From: Candidatus Pelagibacterales bacterium
GTDB lineage: Bacteria; Pseudomonadota; Alphaproteobacteria; Pelagibacterales; Pelagibacteraceae
Assembly: GCA_965236175.1 (NCBI GenBank)
Contig: CBDEAT010000003.1
Location: 7,759-47,758 of the forward strand
Direction of reading: 5' to 3'
DNA length: 40,000 nt
Of the stretch, positions 34,090-40,000 are shown piece after piece (position 1 is the stretch's first letter; each line of letters opens with the position of its first letter). The position numbers and the translations under genes are program-made. Under the pieces are notes generated by a model that worked only from the letters and a program-made list of their open reading frames with translations, did no database searches and had not been told where the DNA came from.

Positions 34090-34904
34090 TAGCTATTTTT
34101 AATTTCGTGGATCTTTATAATTGAAGCCGCAGTTTCTTCTACTGACTTTCTTGTTACGTCAATTGTTGGAATGTTGTTAGATTTAAAAATTTTTCTGCTT
34201 TCATCAAGCTCTTCCTTTATTCTTTCTAAATCAACATAAGATGTATGCTTTTCTTCGCTTAGAGTATTAAGTCTGTTTTTTCTTATATCTACCAATCTTT
34301 CAGGGTCAGCAATCAACCCTACAATTGTCTTTTTTTTGTTTTTTAAAACTTCTTCTGGTATTTTTTGATTTGGAACCATGGGAATATTGGCTGATTTGTA
34401 ACCTTTGTTTGCAAGATAAATTGTTGTTGGGGTTTTGCTAGTTCTGCTAATTCCCAAAATAATTATATCAGCCTCTAAAATTGTTTCTAATTTTTGACCG
34501 TCATCATGCTCAATGCTAAATTGCATTGCAGCAATTTTTTTATAATATTCTTTATTTAAAATATGTTGGCCGCTTGGTTTTCTGTTGGCCTTTCTGTTAA
34601 GGGCCGTTTCAAATTTTGGAATTAAATAATCCAAAACTCCAAAGCAAGGAATTTTATATTTGTCTGTTTCTTGGATTAAAAAAGAAGTAACGGCGGGCTC
34701 CACAAGAGTATAAAGCACTATAGGGTTTCCCAGTTTATTACATTTTTCCAATAAAGTTGTAATTTGGGCTTCCGTTCTAACAAAAGAAAAGTGGTGTAGG
34801 CTGTTATTAAAGTTCTCAAACTGGGCTTTTAAAGCAAGGAATATTCTATCAAGAGTTTCGCCGGTTGAATCCGATACTAAAAAAACATTATACTTTCTGT
34901 TCAT
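34089..34904 (-). CDS. ppsR: Kinase/pyrophosphorylase PpsR family (DUF299)
   Basis: VFLVSDSTGETLDRIFLAL, ADIIILGISRTSKTPTTIYLANKGYKSANIPMVP, GLIADPERLVDIRKNRL, YVDLERIKEELDESRKIFKSNNIPTIDVTRKSVEETAASI. Confidence 0.95.
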   Translation of the reverse strand: MNRKYNVFLVSDSTGETLDRIFLALKAQFENFNNSLHHFSFVRTEAQITTLLEKCNKLGNPIVLYTLVEPAVTSFLIQETDKYKIPCFGVLDYLIPKFETALNRKANRKPSGQHILNKEYYKKIAAMQFSIEHDDGQKLETILEADIIILGISRTSKTPTTIYLANKGYKSANIPMVPNQKIPEEVLKNKKKTIVGLIADPERLVDIRKNRLNTLSEEKHTSYVDLERIKEELDESRKIFKSNNIPTIDVTRKSVEETAASIIKIHEIKNS

Positions 34905-35178
34905 AAGTCTGTTGGCAAGCCTTTATAATTATCCTTTATACATTTCTAACTTTAAAAAGAACAAAGGTTAACAGTTAATAAATTGTTATTATTTAATTAA
35001 TAACATTAATAAGTTTTTTTTAGTATTTTAGAATTGTTGGTAATTTTAAACAAACTACAAAAATATAAAGTTATTTAAAAAATTTAATCAACAAAACTTG
35101 TTAATAAACTGTTAATAAAAATATAAACACATTACTAACATAACCATATAATACTACTATTTTAACTAATATTTATTA
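34905..35178. other. Candidate chromosomal replication origin (oriC) in the divergent ppsR/hemE intergenic region
   Basis: 274-bp AT-rich non-coding gap, both flanking gene runs pointing away; TTAA-N7-TTAA at 35101-35115; TGTTAATAA at 35099-35107 and 35110-35118, AGTTAATAA at 34973-34981. No perfect consensus DnaA box (TTATCCACA) seen. Confidence 0.55.
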
Positions 35179-36193
35179 ATGAGTGGTTCTCTTCAATACT
35201 GTCTTTTAAATAAAAATAAAAATTTTCCTATATGGTTTATGAGACAAGCAGGAAGATATCTTCCAGAATATCAAAAAATAAGAAAAAAAAATAAAAATTT
35301 TATTAATTTTTGTTTAAATATAAACGATGCAATAAAAGTTTCTTTACAACCTGTAGATAGGTTTAATTTAGACGCAGCCATAATTTTTTCGGATATTTTA
35401 TTAATTCTAAATGCTGTTGGTCAAAAAGTAGAATTTAAAGAAAAAATAGGTCCTATTTTAGAAAATTATAATCTAAATAAATTTTATAAAACAAGCGATA
35501 AAAATTTTATAAAAAAATTAAAAAATGTTTATAAAATATTAAAAAAAATAAAAAAAACACTACCAAAAGAAAAATCATTGATAGGGTTTGCCGGGTCCCC
35601 ATGGACACTTTTAACCTACATGATCAACAAAGGGTCACCAAAAAAAAATAAAAATTTTTTAAAAAACCTTAAAAAAACAAGAAGCAATAAAAATAATTAA
35701 AAGATTAGAACATTTAATTTATATTCATTGCAAAGAACAAATATTAGCCGGGGCTGATATTATACAATTATTTGATAGTTGGGCCGGTTTAATTAATAAA
35801 AAAGACTTAAAAGATTTTTGCATCAACCCAAACAAAAATATTGTAAATAAAATAAAAAAAAACTTTCCAAACAACCCAGTTATTTGCTTTCCAAAGGGAA
35901 TTAATAAAAATATCAATAATTTTATAAAAGAAGTGAGCCCACACGGAATTAGTATTGACCATAATGTAAGTCTTAAAAATTTAAATTTAAATAATAATGT
36001 AGTGTTTCAAGGAGGAATGAACCCGAAATTTTTACTAGGAAATAACAAAAGAATGTTTAAAGAAGCAAAAAAATATTTAGATTTCTTTAAAAACAAACCA
36101 TACATATTCAATTTAGGACATGGGATATTACCCGAAACAAAACCAGAAAATGTTAAGAGACTAGTTGAATTTGTAAGGAGTTATAATTTATGA
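35179..36193 (+). CDS. hemE: Uroporphyrinogen decarboxylase, one frameshift near 35690
   Basis: PIWFMRQAGRYLPEYQKIR, AAIIFSDIL, GFAGSPWTLLTYMI; then ADIIQLFDSWAGL, NLGHGILPETKPENVKRLVEFVR. Confidence 0.95.
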
Positions 36194-37203
36194 GTTTTGA
36201 TTTAGATAAAATAAATCATCCAAAAATAAAATTTGGGAAAACTGGTGTTTTGCTAGTTAACCTTGGCACCCCAGATTCAACGAGCTGGTGGGATATTAGA
36301 AAGTATTTAAAAGAATTTTTATCAGACACAAGGGTAATAGAGGTTAATCCTATTCTTTGGCAAATAATTTTAAACTTATTTATATTAACCTTTAGGCCGT
36401 CAAAAACAGCTCATGCTTACAAACAGATTTGGATGAATGATACCAACCAATCCCCGCTAAGATATTATACCAAAAGCCAAACTCAAAAATTAAAGGAAAA
36501 GATGGGCGGCGACAATGTCATTGTTGATTTTGCAATGCGGTATGGAAATCCAAGTATAAAAAGTAAATTAGATTTTTTGCAAAAAGAAGGATGTGAAAAA
36601 ATTATTATTTTTCCTTTGTACCCACAATATGCGGCCGCAACCACAGCAACAGTGTGTGATGAGGTCTATAGAAATTTAATAACCATGAGATGGCAACCTA
36701 GTTTACAAACGATTCCTCATTATGAAAGCGAACCTTTGTTTATTGATGCGCTTGTAAAGAGTATAAAAAAGAAAGTTTCAGAAATTAAATGGAAGCCAGA
36801 TTTAATCTTAGCTTCTTATCATGGGATACCAAAAAAATATTTTACAAAAGGCGATCCATATCATTGTTATTGCCAAAAAACGACGCGACTAATTAAGGAA
36901 AAATTTAAAGACATTCCTATAGAGACAACTTTTCAATCGAGGTTTGGACCTGAGGAGTGGTTAACGCCCTACACCGATAAAACTTTAGAGGCGCTTCCTA
37001 GTAAAGGTAAAAAAAATGTGCTTATGATATGTCCAGGATTTTCATCAGATTGTGTTGAGACTTTAGAAGAAATAGCAATTCAAGGAAAAGAAAGCTTCCT
37101 CGAAAACGGAGGAGAAAACTATGATGTTGTTCCTTGCTTAAACGATAATGATGATCATATTAAAATGATGGAACATATTGTTAAAAAATATTTAATTAAT
37201 TAA
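36190..37203 (+). CDS. hemH: Ferrochelatase
   Basis: TGVLLVNLGTPDST, AMRYGNPSIKS, FPLYPQYAAATTATV, LILASYHGIPKKYFTKGDPYHC, SRFGPEEWLTPYTD. Confidence 0.97.
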   Translation: MSFDLDKINHPKIKFGKTGVLLVNLGTPDSTSWWDIRKYLKEFLSDTRVIEVNPILWQIILNLFILTFRPSKTAHAYKQIWMNDTNQSPLRYYTKSQTQKLKEKMGGDNVIVDFAMRYGNPSIKSKLDFLQKEGCEKIIIFPLYPQYAAATTATVCDEVYRNLITMRWQPSLQTIPHYESEPLFIDALVKSIKKKVSEIKWKPDLILASYHGIPKKYFTKGDPYHCYCQKTTRLIKEKFKDIPIETTFQSRFGPEEWLTPYTDKTLEALPSKGKKNVLMICPGFSSDCVETLEEIAIQGKESFLENGGENYDVVPCLNDNDDHIKMMEHIVKKYLIN

Positions 37204-37634
37204 TGAATTTATATTTAGCGCTCAAAGCAATCCACATTATAGCCGTTATTTCATGGATGGTCGGCCTTTTATATTTGCCAAGATTGTTTGTTTATCACGT
37301 TGAAAACAATAGTGAGGAAGCTTCAAAAATTTTTAAAGTAATGGAAAAAAGATTAATGAAAATAATTATGAACCCAGCCATGATAGTTACCTGGTTGACT
37401 GGGTTGTCTATTTTGTGGATTTTGGGATTTAATAATATTTTTTCTTTGTGGTTATCGATCAAATTTTTATTTGTAATTATTCTCTCCGGCTATCATGGTT
37501 TTTTGTCCAAATGCTTGAAGGATTTTGAATTCGATAGAAATCAAAGAAGTTCAAAATTTTTTAGGTTTATAAATGAAATACCAACTATAATACTGATAAT
37601 CATTGTCTTTTTAGTTATTTTTAAACCCGCTTGA
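37203..37634 (+). CDS. hemJ: Protoporphyrinogen IX oxidase, HemJ-type
   Basis: LALKAIHIIAVISWMVGLLYLPRLFVYHVE, MKIIMNPAMIVTWLTGL, LLWLSIKFLFVIILSGYHG-like TM pattern; next to hemH. Confidence 0.92.
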   Translation: MNLYLALKAIHIIAVISWMVGLLYLPRLFVYHVENNSEEASKIFKVMEKRLMKIIMNPAMIVTWLTGLSILWILGFNNIFSLWLSIKFLFVIILSGYHGFLSKCLKDFEFDRNQRSSKFFRFINEIPTIILIIIVFLVIFKPA

Positions 37635-37700
37635 AATATAATTAATTATTGTTATATTCCTCTCACATCTAAAAGTTTCTCAAGACAATCCCAAACATAA

Positions 37701-38972
37701 ATGAACCTACAAGAATTAAAAAACAAAACACCAGCAGATTTAATTTTAGAAGCAGAAAAGCTAGGAATCGAAAATCCAAGCACAATGCGTAAACAAGAAA
37801 TCTTGTTTGCAATTCTTAAAAAACTCGCTGAAAAGAATGAAAAAATTACAGGAAGCGGTGTTCTTGAAACATTACAAGACGGCTTTGGTTTTTTAAGAGC
37901 CACAGAGTCAAATTATTTACCAGGACCCGATGATATTTATGTAAGCCCAAGTCAAATTAGAAGATTTGGTCTTCGAAAAGGAGATACAGTCGAAGGAGAA
38001 ATTAGAGCACCAAAAGATTCAGAAAGATATTTCGCGCTTTTGCAAGTTAGCAAAATAAACTTTGAAGATCCTGAAAAATCTAGAAACAAAATTAACTTTG
38101 ATAACTTAACGCCTCTATATCCAGATGAGCGTATAAATTTAGAAGTTGAATCCAATAAAGCAGATAAAAAACCAGATTTAACAGCAAGATTAATTGATCT
38201 TGTAACTCCAATCGGAAAAGGTCAGAGAGCTTTAATCGTATCACCACCTAGAGCTGGTAAAACAGTAATACTTCAAAACATTGCCCATTCAATTACAGCT
38301 AATCATCCTGAGATTTATTTAATAGTTTTGCTTATTGATGAAAGACCAGAGGAAGTTACTGACATGCAAAGATCTGTAAAAGGTGAAGTTATAAGTTCAA
38401 CATTCGACGAACCTGCAATGAGACACGTGCAAGTAGCTGAGATGGTAATTGAAAAAGCAAAAAGATTAGCAGAGCACAAAAAAGATGTTGTGATTTTATT
38501 AGATTCTATTACGCGATTAGGAAGAGCTTATAACGCAGTTGTTCCAAGTTCAGGAAAAGTATTAACGGGTGGTGTTGATGCGAACGCATTACAAAGACCA
38601 AAAAGATTTTTTGGTGCAGCAAGAAATATTGAAGAGGGTGGATCTTTAACAATTATTTCTACAGCATTAATTGAAACTGGTTCAAGAATGGATGAAGTTA
38701 TTTTTGAAGAATTTAAAGGAACAGGTAATGCCGAAGTTATATTAGATAGAAAAATTGCAGATAAGAGAATTTTCCCAGCAATCGATATTACAAAATCTGG
38801 AACGAGAAAAGAAGACTTGTTATTTAAAAAAGAAGACCTTCAGAAGATGAACGTTTTAAGACGACTGATCGCTCCAATGGGAAATATGGAAGCAATAGAA
38901 TTTTTAATTGGTAAATTAAGAGAGACAAAAAATAATGCTGAATTTTTTGACTCGATGAATAAGTCTGCTTAA
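37701..38972 (+). CDS. rho: Transcription termination factor Rho
   Basis: [73 protein letters not shown] (Walker A), [26 protein letters not shown]. Confidence 0.99.
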   Translation: MNLQELKNKTPADLILEAEKLGIENPSTMRKQEILFAILKKLAEKNEKITGSGVLETLQDGFGFLRATESNYLPGPDDIYVSPSQIRRFGLRKGDTVEGEIRAPKDSERYFALLQVSKINFEDPEKSRNKINFDNLTPLYPDERINLEVESNKADKKPDLTARLIDLVTPIGKGQRALIVSPPRAGKTVILQNIAHSITANHPEIYLIVLLIDERPEEVTDMQRSVKGEVISSTFDEPAMRHVQVAEMVIEKAKRLAEHKKDVVILLDSITRLGRAYNAVVPSSGKVLTGGVDANALQRPKRFFGAARNIEEGGSLTIISTALIETGSRMDEVIFEEFKGTGNAEVILDRKIADKRIFPAIDITKSGTRKEDLLFKKEDLQKMNVLRRLIAPMGNMEAIEFLIGKLRETKNNAEFFDSMNKSA

Positions 38973-38979
38973 TTAATTC

Positions 38980-39633
38980 TTAGTGGATTTGCCTTTCAAA
39001 TCCAGGATTATTCCCAATAATATAAAAATTTATAATCTGATTGATTAGTAAATTTCTCTCAAGTAAAGTTTTTGCCTCAAGTAATCCTTGTTTTTCACTC
39101 ACAGAAAAAGGACATATCATTGATAGTGAATTTATTAATTGATCTGGCTCAACTTTTTCAACAATCTTCCAATCCGTAGATAAATGATGAATCTTAAATA
39201 GTTTTCTAGCTTTATCTATAAGCTGCAGCACATCAATCTTGTCATTGAATTTTATTTTTTCTAAATCATCTAAAAACTCATCATAAGTTACTCTAAATTT
39301 TCTATAAGGAAGATTAGTCTCGGCTTCATCTAAAATTCTAAATCTCACTAAACCTTTTAGGTTTATCAAATATCTGCCATCAGCTGTTTTTGTGTGCGTG
39401 TCTATTTTACCAAGACAACCAACGCTGAACACTTCAGGTTTATTTGAATTATTACTTCCTTTTGTTTGGATCATTCCAATCATTTTATTTGATGCCAACG
39501 CATCTTCGACCATTTTTTTATATCTAGGCTCAAATATATTGAGAGGCAAAATTGTATTTGGAAAGAACACTGCATTAGCAAGTGGGAAAATAGATATTTC
39601 TTGAGGAATTTCTTTTTTATCTAAAGTTGTCAT
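38980..39633 (-). CDS. LON N-terminal (substrate-binding) domain protein
   Basis: ISIFPLANAVFFPNTILPLNIFEPRYKKMVEDALASNKMIGMIQ, VGCLGKIDTHTKTADGRYLINLKGLVRFRI, no ATPase or protease domain. Confidence 0.88.
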   Translation of the reverse strand: MTTLDKKEIPQEISIFPLANAVFFPNTILPLNIFEPRYKKMVEDALASNKMIGMIQTKGSNNSNKPEVFSVGCLGKIDTHTKTADGRYLINLKGLVRFRILDEAETNLPYRKFRVTYDEFLDDLEKIKFNDKIDVLQLIDKARKLFKIHHLSTDWKIVEKVEPDQLINSLSMICPFSVSEKQGLLEAKTLLERNLLINQIINFYIIGNNPGFERQIH

Positions 39634-39724
39634 TATGAATTAATATAGTGTTTAATTTGCTTTATTCAATTTCACTTTTCAATTGATTAAAATTTATTTT
39701 CATTTAATTTCACGGGATTATTAA

Positions 39725-39799
39725 GCGGGTGTAGCTCAGTGGTAGAGCGAATCGTTGCCAACGATTAGGTCGTGGGTTCAATTCCCTTCACCCGCTCCA
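39725..39799 (+). tRNA. tRNA-Gly(GCC)
   Basis: GCGGGTG TA GCTC AGTGGTA GAGC G AATCG TTGCCAA CGATT AGGTC GTGGG TTCAATT CCCTT CACCCGC T CCA; 7-bp acceptor stem, anticodon GCC, encoded CCA. T-stem has one T-T mismatch and one G-T. Confidence 0.95.
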
Positions 39800-39897
39800 A
39801 ATTCAAAGCTGGTCGTAGCTTTTTTACTCTGTTTAATTCTTAAAAGGGTTCGGCACAAAACGGACTCCCGTAGGACTTCCTAATCGCGTGAGGTTGA

Positions 39898-40000
39898 ATG
39901 TATATTCGAAAACGTCGTGGGAAATGGCAGGTAACGATTAAGCGTAAAAACCTAAGGACTAGTGTAAAAACGTTTCTTTTTCGTAAGGATGCGGTTTTAT
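39898..40000 (+). CDS. N-terminus of a probable tyrosine recombinase/integrase (3' truncated by the window edge)
   Basis: MYIRKRRGKWQVTIKRKNLRTSVKTFLFRKDAVL..., resembling the arm-type DNA-binding N-terminus of phage integrases; located directly downstream of a tRNA gene. Too short for the ORF track. Confidence 0.7.
   Translation, partial: MYIRKRRGKWQVTIKRKNLRTSVKTFLFRKDAVL

Noticed and set aside
34905-35178. A canonical DnaA-box cluster proving oriC
   Set aside because: No exact TTATCCACA or reverse complement was seen by eye; only diverged TGTTAATAA-type 9-mers, so the origin call is kept as a candidate.
39694-39720. Second parS site near 39708 (ttaatttcacgggatta)
   Set aside because: Only the half-element TTTCACG matches and there is no palindromic counterpart.

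Overview
The window is a very AT-rich, gene-dense alphaproteobacterial chromosome segment. Its overall character (tight spacing, short intergenic regions, porin/leuS/parAB/his gene sets) is typical of SAR11/Pelagibacterales, but this taxonomic call is an inference from gene content and composition. Plausible gene order: dnaJ(partial)-dapB-nth-pfkB kinase-|wHTH regulator-L,D-transpeptidase-yggS-thiE-like-porin-|DUF3576-leuS-lptE-holA-|parB-parA-rsmG-mnmG-mnmE-|ogt-like-|ubiH-like-|ftsK-lolA-|GNAT-HIT-hisE-GT41-hisF-GT41-hisA-hisH-hisB-Smr-Tim44-|secB-|dnaQ-coaE-aroE-maf-ppsR-| candidate oriC |-hemE-hemH-hemJ-rho-|LON-domain-|tRNA-Gly-integrase (truncated by the window end). Many ORFs, mainly in 1-10.5 kb, are split by what look like single-base indels. 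Main points of interest: (1) a perfect parS palindrome inside rsmG beside parAB; (2) a divergent ppsR/hemE intergenic region that matches the classical alphaproteobacterial origin location and carries a TTAA-N7-TTAA box and repeated TGTTAATAA; (3) two TPR + GT41 (SPINDLY/OGT-type) glycosyltransferase genes interleaved with hisE/hisF/hisA; (4) a tRNA-Gly followed immediately by the start of a probable tyrosine integrase with a compositional shift, suggesting the edge of an integrated phage or island. I did not find a clearly new defence or mobile system. The accessory element starting at about 39.8 kb is cut off.
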